Of a stretch of DNA of 64,000 nucleotides, positions 49,628 to 63,895 are shown in pieces. The position numbers were made by a program, and so were the translations under genes. Source of the DNA: Macrostomum lignano (lineage: Eukaryota); assembly GCA_002269645.1 (NCBI GenBank), contig NIVC01000617.1:434001-498000 (forward strand), given 5' to 3'. Below the pieces are notes generated by a model, which saw only the letters and a program-made list of their open reading frames with translations, ran no database searches and had not been told where the DNA came from. Positions within the stretch are counted from its first letter, which is position 1, and each line of letters starts with the position of its first letter.

Positions 49628-50190
49628 CGCTAAAACCATTTAACTAAATCGGCGCTAAAACCATTTAACTAAATCGGCGCTAAAACCATTTAACTAAATC
49701 GGCGCTAAAACCATTTAACTAAATCGGCGCTAAAACCATTTAACTAAATCGGCGCTAAAACCATTTAACTAAATCGGCGCTAAAACCATTTAAGTAAATC
49801 GGCGCTAAAACCATTTAACTAAATCGGCGCTAAAACCATTTAACTAAATCGGCGCTAAAACCATTTAACTAAATCGGCGCTAAAACCATTTAACTAAATC
49901 GGCGCTAAAACCATTTAACTAAATCGGCGCTAAAACCAGCTGTCTAAATCGGAGCTAAAGCCATCTGTTTAAATTGGCCTAAAACCAGTTATCTAAATCG
50001 GCGTCAAAAACTAGCTGTCTAAATGGGCGCTAAAACCTGTTGCCTCGATCTAAATCGGCGCTAAAACCATCTGTCTTAACCGGCGCTAAAACCAGCTGTC
50101 TAAACCGGCGCTAAAACCATCTGTCTGAACCGGCGCTAAAACCAGCTGTCTAAACCGGCGCTAAAACCAAATGCCTAAATCGGCGCTAAA
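49628..50190. repeat. 25-bp minisatellite (GGCGCTAAAACCATTTAACTAAATC)
   Basis: Direct reading; homogeneous left half and diverged right half. Confidence 0.95.
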
Positions 50191-50579
50191 ATCAGTTTCC
50201 ACTCGTAAAACGGCCCGCTGAATAAAGGAGGCAAGCTATACGTAGAATGCACAACAAAATAAAATGCTTAAAGTTTTACTGCAAGTAGCAATCTTGGAAC
50301 GTGCATGAAATATATACAATATATATATATACTACAATTGAGTGCAAGCCTAGCCGAATATAGGTTCGCTTATCTTATCTGTGGCAATTGTGACAAGAAA
50401 ATTTCCAGCTAGCTAATGAGACGGATGTTTTTTATTATTGTCAGGTGCCGGGCGCTGGGCGAATCAACGGCCCGCCTAAATTGGCCCTGCAAGATGAGCA
50501 GCAGGACGTGCTATTGAGGCTGGGGGCAGCAGCTCTCGGCCCGGTTCACGTGGCCTGACACTTTCGTCAGCTAGGGAGA

Positions 50580-51440
50580 GACATCGAGTGAGAGAGAGGA
50601 AGAGATTAAGAGGGAGAGAGAAAGCCGGTGAGAGGGAGAGAGAGTCAGTGGGTGAGAGGGAGGGAGACAGAGGGTGAGAGGGAGGGAGAGACAGCGGGTG
50701 AGAGGGAGGGAGAGTGAGTCAGTGGGTGAGAGGGAGGGAGACAGAGGGTGAGAGGGAGGGAGAGACAGCGGGTGAGAGGGAGGGAGAGACAGCGGGTGAG
50801 AGGGAGGGAGAGACTGCGGGTGAGGGAGATACAGCGGGTGAGAGGTAGGGAGAGAGATACAGCGGGTGAGAGGGAAGGAGACAGCGGGTGAGAGGGAGGG
50901 AGACAGCGGGTGAGAGGGAGGGAGACAGCGGGTGAGAGGGAGGGAGACAGCGGGTGAGAGGGAGGGAGACAGCGGGTGAGGGAGAAACAGCGGGTGAGAG
51001 AGGGAGGGAGAGTCAACGGGTGAGAAAGGGAGGGAGAGACTGAGGGAGGGAGAGACAGCGGGTGAGAGAGGGAGGGAGAGTCAACGGGTGAGAAAGGGAG
51101 GGAGAGACTGAGGGAGGGAGAGACAGCGGTTGAGAGAGGGAGGGAGAGACAGCGGGTGAGAGAGGGAGGGAGAGTCAACGGGTGAGAAAGGGAGGGAGAG
51201 ACTGAGGGAGGGAGAGACAGCGGTTGAGAGAGGGAGGGAGAGACAGCAGGTGAGAGAGGGAGAGACAGCGGGTGAGAAAGGGAGGGAGAGACTGAGAGAG
51301 GGAGAGACAGCGGATGAGAGAGGGAGGCAGAGACTGAGAGAGGGAGAGACAGCGGGTGAGAAAGGGAGGGAGAGACTGAGAGAGGGAGAGACAGCGGGTG
51401 AGAGAGGGAGGGAGAGACTGAGAGAGGGAGAGACAGCCGG
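50580..51440. repeat. GA-rich minisatellite of about 22-26 bp (GAGAGGGAGGGAGACAGCGGGT)
   Basis: Direct reading. Confidence 0.93.
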
Positions 51441-51914
51441 GGAGTGCGAACAAGAAACACAGGCCTTGAATTGTAACTTTCAATTTAGACCACATTTCGC
51501 GAGCGAGATTAATAAATTTTGTCCAAACAAGCCGCAGCCCAGCTCTGCTCTTATTGGTCCACCAACCATGGAGTCTGCAGTGCCCCCGATAAGCGGCACA
51601 GTGCAGGCAGTTGCCTATATTTTTCATTTTTACTCTGAAAAGCCTCTTTTAGGCCATTTTTATTACTCTGCATTTTTCACTGACTCCTAACTACGTACCT
51701 TAATAACTCAATCTCAAATCTGCAAAAGTAAGTTAAAGGTAAAGGTAAGTTGGCTTTATTTGTAACTGCCTGAAAATTAAGGCGACAGCGGAGATAGGCA
51801 GGCTTTAAGTAAAGTTCACTGATTGCTGAGCACTGAGCACTTAACTCACAGCTGCACTGACTTTCAGGGCATGTACGCACAATTGAGTCTTGTGTTGGCT
51901 CTCGTGGGCCAGCG

Positions 51915-52895
51915 TAGCTACCTCACAAGCTACCTCACAAGCTACTTCACAAGCTACCTCACAAGCTACCTCATCAGCTACCTCACAAGTTACCTCATCA
52001 GCTACCTCACAAGCTATCTCACAAGCTACCTCATCAGCTACCTCACAAGCTACCTCACAAGCTACTTCACAAGCTACCTCACAAGCTACCTCACAAGCTA
52101 CCTCATCAGCTACCTCACAAGCTACCTCACAAACTACCTCACAAGCTACTTCACAAGCTACCTCACAAACTACCTCACAAGCTACTTCATAAGCTACCTC
52201 ACAAGCTACTTCACAAGCTACCTCACAATTTATCTCACAAGCTACCTCACAAGCTACTTCACAAGCTACCTCACAAGCTACCTCATGAGCTACCTCACAA
52301 TTTATCTCACAAGCTACCTCATGAGCTACCTCACAAGCTACCTCACAAGCTATCTCACAAGCTATCTCACAAGCTACCTCACAAGCTACCTCACAAGCTA
52401 ACTCACAGGCTACCTTACTAGCTACCTCACAAGCTACCTCACAAGCTATCTCACAAGCTACCCCACAAGCTACCTCACAAGCTACCTCACAAGCTATCTC
52501 ACAAGCTACCTCACAAGCTACCTCACAAGCTATCTCACAAGCTACCTCACAAGCTATCTCACAAGCTACCTCACAAGCTACCTCACAAGCTATCTCACAA
52601 GCTACCCCACAAGCTATCTCACAAGCTACCTCACAAGCTATCTCACAAGCTACCTCACAAGCTACCCCACAAGCTACCTCACAAGCTACCTCACAAGCTA
52701 TCTCACAAGCTACCTCACAAGCTACCTCACAAGCTATCTCACAAGCTACCTCACAAGCTATCTCACAAGCTACCTCACAAGCTACCTCACAAGCTATCTC
52801 ACAAGCTACCTCACAAGCTATCTCACAAGCTACCCCACAAGCTATCTCACAAGCTATCTCACAAGCTACCCCACAAGCTATCTCACAAGCTACCT
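51915..52895. repeat. 12-bp minisatellite (AAGCTACCTCAC)
   Basis: Direct reading. Confidence 0.96.
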
Positions 52896-53364
52896 ACATG
52901 GCGCTTTAAAAGCTTTAAAAGAAAATTTCTATGCGCCTTAAAGATTTCCATAGCCAGCCTCAAACAAAGCTCATCTCAAGTACCCCAATCGGACTGATTA
53001 TATTTGCAAATTTCATGACCATCTGTAGTTAAATCTTTAGGAAAGAATTCTACCGTCCGTCCATCAATGGAGTTAATTTTTCAAGCCTTGTGAGGGAGCA
53101 GATGCAATGCTGGCTTAGAAATAAATAAATGAAATAAATAGAGAATATCCTATAGAAGACACAGAAGACACAGACACAGGAGCTTAAAGCAACGAGGGAA
53201 GAGGGAGGGGGAGTGCAGTCTGACACTTGCGTGTGAGCCTGGGCCACCTGCTGCCCATGCAGTGCTGCTTCACGTATTTGTGCTCGAGTCCCAGAAGTTA
53301 GGCCACTGTGCTTTTGCAAATCTGCGGATATGAAAGCTATAAGCTTAAGGATGGATTAGATTAA

Positions 53365-54785
<1,421 letters not shown>

Positions 54786-55677
54786 GTTTGCAATGCACAA
54801 TGCCCTATATCTATTAGAGCCAAAGCACTTAGCGGTTGAGAGCCCCTATCAAAGGGGTGTTTTATCCATAATGCTAGTTAATACAGTAATAAACCCAGTT
54901 TCATTGATCTACATTCTGCGGCAACACTTCCGTCATCCTTGAGCCGTCAGAGCCGTGAACTGTGAACTGTAGCTGGATAGAGACTCAGCTGATTTATGCT
55001 GCTCACGTCTTCTTTCACTATATTTCGACTTTTTCTGGTTTTTGTGTGCCCTGGTGTAGACAGAACACAGAATAATCTCAGCTGATCCAGCGAGCAGAGG
55101 ACTAATCTTCATTCCCTGTTCAATAGGCTGAGGCTCTTTCTCTAAACTCTAGATATGAAATCGATTTTGCTCAAACTATGGTCATATAAAGCTCTATTAG
55201 GTCCAACACGAATTGAAAAAGTTGAAGTTGTTCAACAAAGGAAGGCTTTTCGAGACATAATGAGACATGCTACAGACAGACAGACAGACTTAAGTTATTA
55301 ATAATCAGTTACTGTTAATTAAACATATTTATACAGCCAAGTCCAAACCTTTGTCCACTTAATAAAATCTTCTACAATTAAATCAATATAGCTGTTCCTG
55401 CTCAATACAAAGCTGAATATAAAAAGCAGAACGTTTAATAACACACAGAATGCAATTTAGGCACAGAATTTAGACATTGTGTACATTTTTCTGTTTAACT
55501 ACGTGGATTTTACTCAAGCCAAGTTAAATTCGTGATCTAGTTTAGTTTGTTTTACCTATTAGAGGGCAACTGCCGCGAATCTAAAAGCGAAAGTCGACCC
55601 GCAGACAGCAAGGAGGTAACAAGCGTTCAGGCACATGCTCACTCAGGGTGCATGAAAAAGAGCGCGCATTAAAACGC

Positions 55678-56165
55678 GTATCTAGTATCGAGGCGCCAGA
55701 TCTAGTATCGAGGCGCCAGATCTAGTATCGAGGCGCCAGATCTAGTATCCAGGCGCTAGATCTAGTATCGAGGCGCTAGATCTAGTATCGAGGCGCCTGA
55801 TCTAGTATCCAGGCGCCAGATCTAGTATCAAGGCGCCAGATCTAGTATCGAGGCGCTAGATCTAGTATCGAGGCGCTAGATCTAGTATCGAGGCGCTAGA
55901 TCTAGTATCGAGGCGCTAGATCTAGTATCGAGGCGCCTGATCGAGTATCGAGGCGCTAGATCTAGTATCGAGGCGCTAGATCTAGTATCGAGGCGCTAGA
56001 TCTAGTATCGAGGCGCCAGATCTAGTATCGAGGCGCCAGATCTAGTATCGAGGCGCTAGATCTAGTATCCAGGCGCCAGATCTAGTATCAAGGCGCTAGA
56101 TCTAGTATCGAGGCGCTAGATCTAGTATCGAGGCGTCAGATCTAGTATCCAGGCGCCAGATCTAA
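55678..56165. repeat. 20-bp minisatellite (TCTAGTATCGAGGCGCYAGA), about 24 units
   Basis: Direct reading; the reverse-complement array starts at about 63896. Confidence 0.96.
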
Positions 56166-56931
56166 TACCGCTGTCTCATTTCCATTCGTGCCGTACAAAA
56201 CACCAGCTTCTGCTAAGGCATCATATCTCGAACACTTCGCGAGCGGGAATCGCACGACAGTCCTTCCCCTGCTGGCCAATGTACGAGAGCTGCATAATTA
56301 ATGCGGCTACAGTCGCAGGGAATCGAGCTCGGGTGCCTTCCTTCCTTATTGATTTTTAGCCAGCAGCAATGCATTCTAGAACCTCATTAAAATTTTTAAT
56401 AAAAAAGTCGCCTTTCTCTTCAACAAGTGCAAGCGTCAGATTACCATCCATTGCATCGGCGCTAAACATGGATTTTGTTTAAATGAACACGCCCATTTTC
56501 ACTGCGCATTGCATTTTGAAACCGCAATTGCATTAGGAAATCTATAACTACCAAATTTTTAATAGAATTTCTAGACTTGGGAGTTCATCCGAAGCTCTTC
56601 ACTTACAATATAGACTGGGTCTTAACAATGTGCCTGGAGTTGCGTTGCAGTGGCTTGAATTAAAAATATGCTGAATGCAGTTGAGATCGGTTCGACCCAC
56701 TAAAAACGGGTTATCGGATTGACATCGGAATCTGGCCGGATTTTAGCAGGGCAATCGGAATCTGGTGGAACTAGATTTGCAAGCAAAAAAACGATGAAAA
56801 ATGTGCTCCAATGACATCCAAAAACTACACAAAGTATTTCCTGGCTTTCTTTGCTTCTCGGAAGCACCCCGGAAACATACCGGAATATGAGGCTCCATAT
56901 TCCGACCGGAATTTACACTGCACCCGAGCCG

Positions 56932-57242
56932 TCACTTTCCGACAATAATTTTGAACGCAAGCTTCGCAAAAATATCAGCATACTTATCAACTAGTATGAT
57001 GACTGTCCACTTTGAAGAAAAAACTCTTTTAGACGGGAATTCTGCGCCCTCGCAATTTGCAAGAAGAACAGCTAGCAAGCTTTGTTTTACGCGATCAAGT
57101 GTTGAAGCTATTGACCAGTTTAATTTGCACACTTCCATTTTCACTAATTTGCGCTCGCTTGGAACATCAGCTCTTTTGAACACAGCTCCTTTAGCCAACA
57201 CAGGACAGTGAGACCACAACTTTGAACTCTCTGCAACTTCAT
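56932..57242 (-). CDS. Possible exon of a divergently transcribed gene inside the CACTA element
   Basis: Open frame of about 100 codons after an acceptor-like ...TAACCACAG/, with a stop at 56932. No recognisable domain. Confidence 0.3.
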
Positions 57243-57784
57243 CTGTGGTTACACGCAAATACTATACTAGTATGCTACTCCTTTCGTTCATTTAGTGCAT
57301 TTCTTTAGTCTCCTATTATCTTGTATGCTTGAATTTTTTACTGGCGGACTATATAATCGCTAATTTCAGTAATAAAATATATTATTATTGTTTATTTGTG
57401 ATAACAGCTAGCCAAAACTATTATACTATACCTAAAAAGAACAATTTGGTATACTGCAATACTGCATAGTGAGTTTTGACCATAGTGGCACTTGCAGAAG
57501 CTTATTAATATTTGAGTACAGTATATGATAGGCACCAATTGTCCAGCTATACATAATATATACTGACATTGTACTATACTCATAGCCAGTTTCAATTCAG
57601 ACCATCGCAAAGTAGTAAACAAGGGCCAATTCTATAAATTCTATCTAGTGCTAGTCCTAGATTTCTCATATTGAAAGAGACTGCAAATTAAAATAATTGA
57701 CTACATTGTGTACTAAAAACATATAAGGCAAAAGCTAGTTCTAATAATAAATAAGTATTGTCATTTATTGATTAATTTGATTTA

Positions 57785-59695
57785 ATGGCTTTGCCAAGTC
57801 GTGCATCAAATAGACAGGTAGCCAGGGAAATGCAAGAAATACTACAAGAGCTTCCGACGATTGGGGCTACAAATATTGAGGCTAGGCTAGATCTAGAAAA
57901 TGTGATGGGACAAAATGAAGATACAAAGAGCAATGCTGAGCCTGAAGAGACATTCTTTGATGCAGTGGGTCCAATGCCAATGGACTTTGATAGCCAAATG
58001 CATGCTCTTTTTGAGGAAGAAATGGATGAAGAAGTTGAAGAACAAGATGACTCTCTTGGCTATAATAGACCTCCGCCACTTACTTTGGTGCAAGAGTTAC
58101 TATTGTTTTACATAACATTCAATATTACTAGTGCTGCCATGAATTACCTACTTCGGCTTTTGGCTCGTTTCTTCACTGACATACCCACTTCTGTCTACAT
58201 GCTTAAGAGGCAGTGTCCAAGCACAGAGATCACGAGGTTCAATGTCAATAATGGTCATGTTGCCTTTCTCTCCATTGTGGACAATTTGAAATTTTTACTT
58301 GATTCCAAAATCCTTACAATTCCATCTGGAATTACAAACTTCTTTGTTTCCTTAAGGGTAAATGTTGATGGTCTTCCTTTATTCAAGTCATCTAGAATCA
58401 ATCTTTGGCCTATATTGATGCTAGTAAATAATTGTTTTAGACCTGTGCCATTTGGCCTTTTTTGTGGCATTGGAAAGCCTGACCTACATGTCTTCTTAGA
58501 AAGGTTTTGTTCTGAAATTGCAGGTCTACAGAATGGTTTTGACTATAATATGAAAAGAATTTTTATTAAGTCAATTGTCTTTATCTGTGACACACCTGCT
58601 AGAAACTTTATTCAATGTTTGAAAGGTCATTCCAGTTATCTTGGCTGTAGTTGGTGTCGTCAAGTAGGAAATTACACAGGTGACAGAATTTGTTTTTCTA
58701 ATACCATTGCAGAGGCTCGAACAAATCAAGATTATGAACAAGGGCGTGAAAATAACCAACTTGGTATTTCTCCACTAGCCAGGATTGTTCCAATGTATTC
58801 CAATTTTGTACCCGACCCAATGCATATTGTCTACTTAGGGGTTGTAAAGAAGTTGCTCAAATTTTACTTCCTTGGAGCAAAGCACATTCGACTTGCTTGC
58901 AAGTTGTCATCCCAATTAAAAGAGGAAATAAATAGAAAAATAATGTATATTAAGGAATTTGTTCCTTCAGATTTTCAAAGACGGCTTCGCACTTTTGCTG
59001 ACATTGAATACTTTAAAGCAACGGAATTCCGCCAATGTCTTTTGTACTTTGGTCCGTTCCTTTTTAAGAATACCTTGCCAAAGGTCTACTTTAATCATTA
59101 TCTATTATTGCATTGGTCAATTTCAGTCCTTAATTCACCTGAGTACTGTGAAATTTATTTTGATGCTGCTGAGGCTTGTTTGAAAAAGTTTGTTGCTGAG
59201 GCACCAAGCCTATATTACAACAGTGTAGTTTCTTATAATTGGCATGCTCTGTTGCACCTTCCTGAGTTTGTGCAAATGTATGGCCCACTTGACACGTTTT
59301 CAGCTTTCCCTTTTGAAAACTACTTGCAATTGATCAAGAAGAGAATTCGTTGTACCAATCATGTTTTTGCCCAATCTGTCAACCAGTTGTTGAATGTGAG
59401 ATTTTTATATTCTAATGACAAGTTGGGTGACATTGGTTTTACTAATAAGAGTCCTAATAACTGTGCTATTGTTGATGGAAAGGTTGTCATTGTCACCAAT
59501 TTAAATGATGGTCTTATTTCAGGCCAGGTTCTCACATTTGATAGAAGCCTTTATTCCTATCCATATCCATCAAAATCAATTGGCATAGGCTACTATAAGC
59601 ATTCAAAGACATTTGTATCCAACTTGCAACCTTCTAAGAAGGCCATTCTAATTCCCTTTGGCGGAGACTATCTGGTCATTCCTTGCATCAAGTAA
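57785..59695 (+). CDS. CACTA/EnSpm-type DDE transposase (636 aa, intronless)
   Basis: Motifs NVDGLPLFKSS..LWPI, FICDTPAR, H...GC.WC, DPMH.VYLGVVKKLL, WHALLHLP and SAFPFENYL, typical of metazoan EnSpm/Tnp2-like transposases. Candidate catalytic D, D and E residues and DxxH are intact. Confidence 0.9.
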   Translation: MALPSRASNRQVAREMQEILQELPTIGATNIEARLDLENVMGQNEDTKSNAEPEETFFDAVGPMPMDFDSQMHALFEEEMDEEVEEQDDSLGYNRPPPLTLVQELLLFYITFNITSAAMNYLLRLLARFFTDIPTSVYMLKRQCPSTEITRFNVNNGHVAFLSIVDNLKFLLDSKILTIPSGITNFFVSLRVNVDGLPLFKSSRINLWPILMLVNNCFRPVPFGLFCGIGKPDLHVFLERFCSEIAGLQNGFDYNMKRIFIKSIVFICDTPARNFIQCLKGHSSYLGCSWCRQVGNYTGDRICFSNTIAEARTNQDYEQGRENNQLGISPLARIVPMYSNFVPDPMHIVYLGVVKKLLKFYFLGAKHIRLACKLSSQLKEEINRKIMYIKEFVPSDFQRRLRTFADIEYFKATEFRQCLLYFGPFLFKNTLPKVYFNHYLLLHWSISVLNSPEYCEIYFDAAEACLKKFVAEAPSLYYNSVVSYNWHALLHLPEFVQMYGPLDTFSAFPFENYLQLIKKRIRCTNHVFAQSVNQLLNVRFLYSNDKLGDIGFTNKSPNNCAIVDGKVVIVTNLNDGLISGQVLTFDRSLYSYPYPSKSIGIGYYKHSKTFVSNLQPSKKAILIPFGGDYLVIPCIK

Positions 59696-60396
59696 ATCAA
59701 GTTATTTGCCTGAAGTCCATCGTCCATAATTGTGTCTTGCCTAAGTTGTTTACAAATGTAATTGTGTATACAGTCAGCAAATATAATTTAATTAGGTCTA
59801 GAATAAAAAAATATATAATTCCATATATATTATATAATATTGAAGTAGTATAGCCATTATAGCCATTAACAAACTAAAGCATTTGTTCGGATCATGGTAT
59901 GAAATAAGATGATCATTATTATTTTTATTATTATTATTAATTAATTTTATTACAAAAAACAATTATTATTGTTTTGTATAATTTCTATGCTTTATTATAA
60001 CCTTCCTAAGTGCTTGCAAATATGAGTACGTATTATTTAAGTAATGTGTCCTTCAATGTGAATGTCCTAGTCAGACTATTTATGATTTTTGTGGCAGAAT
60101 TCTAGTGTAAATGTATTTTGACAAGTTGTCTACTAGTAAGTTAGCAAGTAGCAATAGGCCCCTATGAACAATTCAATAAACATTTTTTGTGTATCCTCTA
60201 AATTTGTAACTCACTTGTTCCAATGGAATAATTACATGTTATGTGCCATATTATGCTGTAAAAACTTTAGTTACTGCTTGGCCAACATTACACCACAATG
60301 AGTAAATAGTCCTTCTTAGTACATGCAGTGTCTTGTGCAGTTGCTAAATCATTAAATAATAAAACTTTAGTTCAGTAATCTTGTTGCAGTGACTCA

Positions 60397-62907
60397 ATGA
60401 AGTTTATTGTGTATTTTACCTCTGACTATGAAGTAATAGAAGCTGATGAGGAAGATTGCCTTCTTGGCTCTTTTACTAAGTGGACTATTGAGCAATGGAG
60501 GCAAGTGGACAAACTTGAAGAAGTTCATATTCAGGTAATATATAATGACAAGTTGGAAGATTGCATTGTTTTGCAAGTTGTTCCACATGCCTGTGACACC
60601 AGTGACACTGTTGCCATGCTACGAGCTGTGGTCAAAGAGAAGCACTATCGTCCAAGCAAGCTACTAAAGATTCTGCCAGATCGTGTTCGATCCAACAAAA
60701 GACAGACATTTCCTCCTATGAAGAATCTTGAGACAGACAATGATGCAACAGATATTGATGCTGTAAGTATAATGTAAAATAATATTTAATTTAATATTTA
60801 GTATACAACTAAGGTCTGCCACGTGCGTTAATATAAAATATAAAATAATATAATTGTAGGTTGCTGATGCAGCCAGCCATGGACAAGCCAACCGGGGTCC
60901 CACACAGAGAAGTGAATCATTGTCTGGGTCTTCTGGTGTTGTTTGCCTCCCTCCACTGCCAACTCTGCAAGCTTCGGGAATTGCAGAAGTACGTGCTTAC
61001 ATTTGTGTCTATTTAAAAATGTCAAGCATTTATAGTCTTTATGTATTCATGCATTTGGAGTACAGTATGCTTATTAATTTCAAATTATTGCACTTGGCAG
61101 TTTGCCAGACATATTACAAAATGATTGAGACAGTTTTAATAGTTTGGATTTTATTCTTTTCTTTAATTTCTCTAATCTAACACTGTCTTCACCTCACCCC
61201 AATGCCAGGCTAGCGTGACGGCTTGTTGTCACACATCACATTGTTATGTTTATATCTATACACCTCTGTTATGTCTGCATCATCTCATTCAATGCGTGTA
61301 TGGTTACTGTTGAGTATATCATTTCTCCTACTATGTTACAGATTAACGTGCTGAGAAAAAAATTATCTATTCTAATCATTTCTTTACCAACCCAGGCCTA
61401 CGACGGCACAATGGCGCAGAGCACTGTCAGGAAACTTCAGAACCGCACCTCCATGGCACCTCCACCAGAACCGCAGTCGATCGACAGCCCAGCCTTTGAG
61501 CGACTGCACCCTCAAGCAGCTCTCAATTCGTCTGGAAGCTCGACGCCTACTCGACACCCGTCTAGGCAGTTTTCGTGCACTCCAACTTCAGCCCCAAGAG
61601 CCAGCTTCTCGCGCGAACAGCTGCGACAGCCTGCGCAGGTAATTTGTAAAACTCGTTTCATGAAGTCTTGCAACAGTTTTTTTCAGAACTTGCCACGGTT
61701 TCTAACGAAAATTTAATCCACAGTTTTCAGCTCTGCCTCAGCTGGAAACGCAAGCCAGAAGCCAGGTTGAGGCTTGTGGGTACACGTGGGGATCTGTTGA
61801 AGGTAATGGAGTTATTGTTATTGACGCTGAGATAGCAGTAGTTGACAACAGCCGCAAAATGTAACTGGTGACCAGCGCACACTCGTTGCTTGAACAGCTA
61901 GGTGGATGAAATCGACAGCGTCTAGCTTGGAACTGGCACGTAAATTGAAGTTAATTTACTATGCAACTTTCAACTCATTATTCAGGGCTCTACTGTCTGC
62001 AGCTCTTGAGCATTCGCGAACTCATGAAGCTAAAGGCCACGATTGAGTCGTCCAGTCTCCGGGGAGCTGCTGCGGCACCCACGCTCGAAATTCCATTCGG
62101 GCTTCCTGTCGCAAACGAGGCCGACCTCAACAGTGCAGTCGAGAAGATTTCTGCCAGTGCGGAGGCCAAGACTGCGCTGGTTAGTTAATATCTTATGAGC
62201 ATTTCTCTTACTATTAAACTTCCACCATGCGTTCGGAACTTCGGTACTGTAGACTCGGGGAAATGGTCCAGACGCTTTCATGTGTGAATTTTAGACTTCG
62301 TTCATTCAGAAAAAGTGCCTGGGCCCTTCTGTGACTCAGTCTGTTCGCTATGCGATGAACGAGCTTCTGGCGCGAGACTTCCAGCAGCGCTTCAATCGCA
62401 CTGGCGGCAAGGATGCCCGAGGCCGTGGCCAACAAGAGAACTCCAAGATGTCTTTCGACAAGTGCTTTGGAGGGATTGTGAAGGGTAGGTTATGCTTTAC
62501 TGTCGCATATGTACCAATTACCAGAGTTGATTCTTAATAGTGATATCAATAGTGATATACTGTCTGATACAACGTACTGATAAATGTACGGGGTGGGTAC
62601 TGCCATAACCATACGTATTCATGCCGTAATTCATACATGTATTTCTCTCAGGTCAACAGTTGTGGACTTGACAACCTGCTTATGTTGTGATTGTCAAATT
62701 TCAGACGCGTTGGGCTCTTCATTTACGCTGCACGACATCAATAAGGCAATCGAACGGTTCTTCGATGGCGTCCGGAAGCGTCGAAGCCACGAGGGATCAG
62801 CTGAATCGGACGTGGCCGGCGGGCATGGCGCCCCCACTCCAAGCAGGCGTCGCTCGACGATGCGAGTGCAACGCATATCCGACAGCACTGACGAGGAAAA
62901 TATGTAA
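60397..62907 (+). CDS. Spliced second gene of the CACTA element (TnpA position), DUF4806-like C-terminus
   Basis: GT-AG exons read by eye: about 60397-60762, 60860-60988, 61396-61638, 61730-61802, a small exon near 61900-61940, 62002-62178, 62310-62485 and 62705-62907. Segments FGLPVANEADL, SVTQSVRYAMNELL...FNRTG and TLHDINKAIERFF resemble DUF4806. Exon borders are approximate. Confidence 0.65.
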
Positions 62908-63895
62908 CTTGGTGGCATAGTAAAAAATTGTCCCTTTCGTCGAAACTTCGCGCTAACTTAAATTTTAACTGCTCCGAGACCGAAATGCTAGTGTAGTACA
63001 ACTGGGTTTGAAGGCCGCGAATTTGAACAGTTTCACTACAGCAATTTAACGTCTTCAGTTCACTCGCAGCGCAGCGCCTTACAATTGTTCACTCGATTGC
63101 AGCGCGCTTTTCAAACTGGTGCGATTATATTTTAATTAGACAACGATTAAAATAATTTATAATTAATATTTGCTTTATTTTCAAGGGTCAAAAAAGTAGA
63201 AATTAATAACATAATAATGCTATTTGCAATTGCTATAGTTACTATATAGCAACAATTAAATATTTAGTGCAATTTTAACAGAACATTTTCAGCCGCACTA
63301 CACTAGGCCTAATCAAATTGACCTAACAACTATAAAATACTTGTCGAACTGTCTCCAACCTGCACCCTATTAGTGACTGCTTTGGTGGCCCACCACGCGT
63401 TGCTGCAATGTTCTATTTTGTAAACACTAAATAAACACTTATTATTCCTTTCCATCTGCTGCCATTGAGCAATTTTGTATTTGATGTAAAATGATGCACA
63501 CCCGGTCTTTGTGTCATTGAATTTTCAGACGGGATCGGGCTGTCTAAATGTACATGCGTGACTGCGTGTACACTGATCTTCGGCTACATTGTAGCACATG
63601 CATGTTTGTACTCGCTTTGTGCTTCGTCATTTATATCAGCTCGGAAAGTGAAACGAAAAGCTCTGGATGAGTCCGATCGTCAAATCCGATCAGAATCCGA
63701 ATGGATTTCCCGGGACAAATTTCCACTCGGTTTCCGAGCTGCATTTCCGATCGGAATCCGACCAAGCTTTTTTAGTGGGGAGTGCCTGCATCGGTTGGAG
63801 TGGATATCATGTGAATTTCTTTAAAAGGATTGTACCTCTCAGGGTAATTGAGAAATTCTATGCTTTTTGGGGACGGATTTGTCTCCCAAATAACG

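Larger units (their letters stand above)
56696..63779 (+). mobile_element. CACTA/EnSpm (CMC superfamily) DNA transposon, 7084 bp
   Basis: TIRs CCCACTAAAAA-N7-TCGGATT-N3-ATCGGAA at 56696-56730 and, inverted, 63745-63779 (27/35 identical without gaps). 2-bp TSD GA on both sides. Encodes a transposase and a second spliced gene. Confidence 0.88.
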
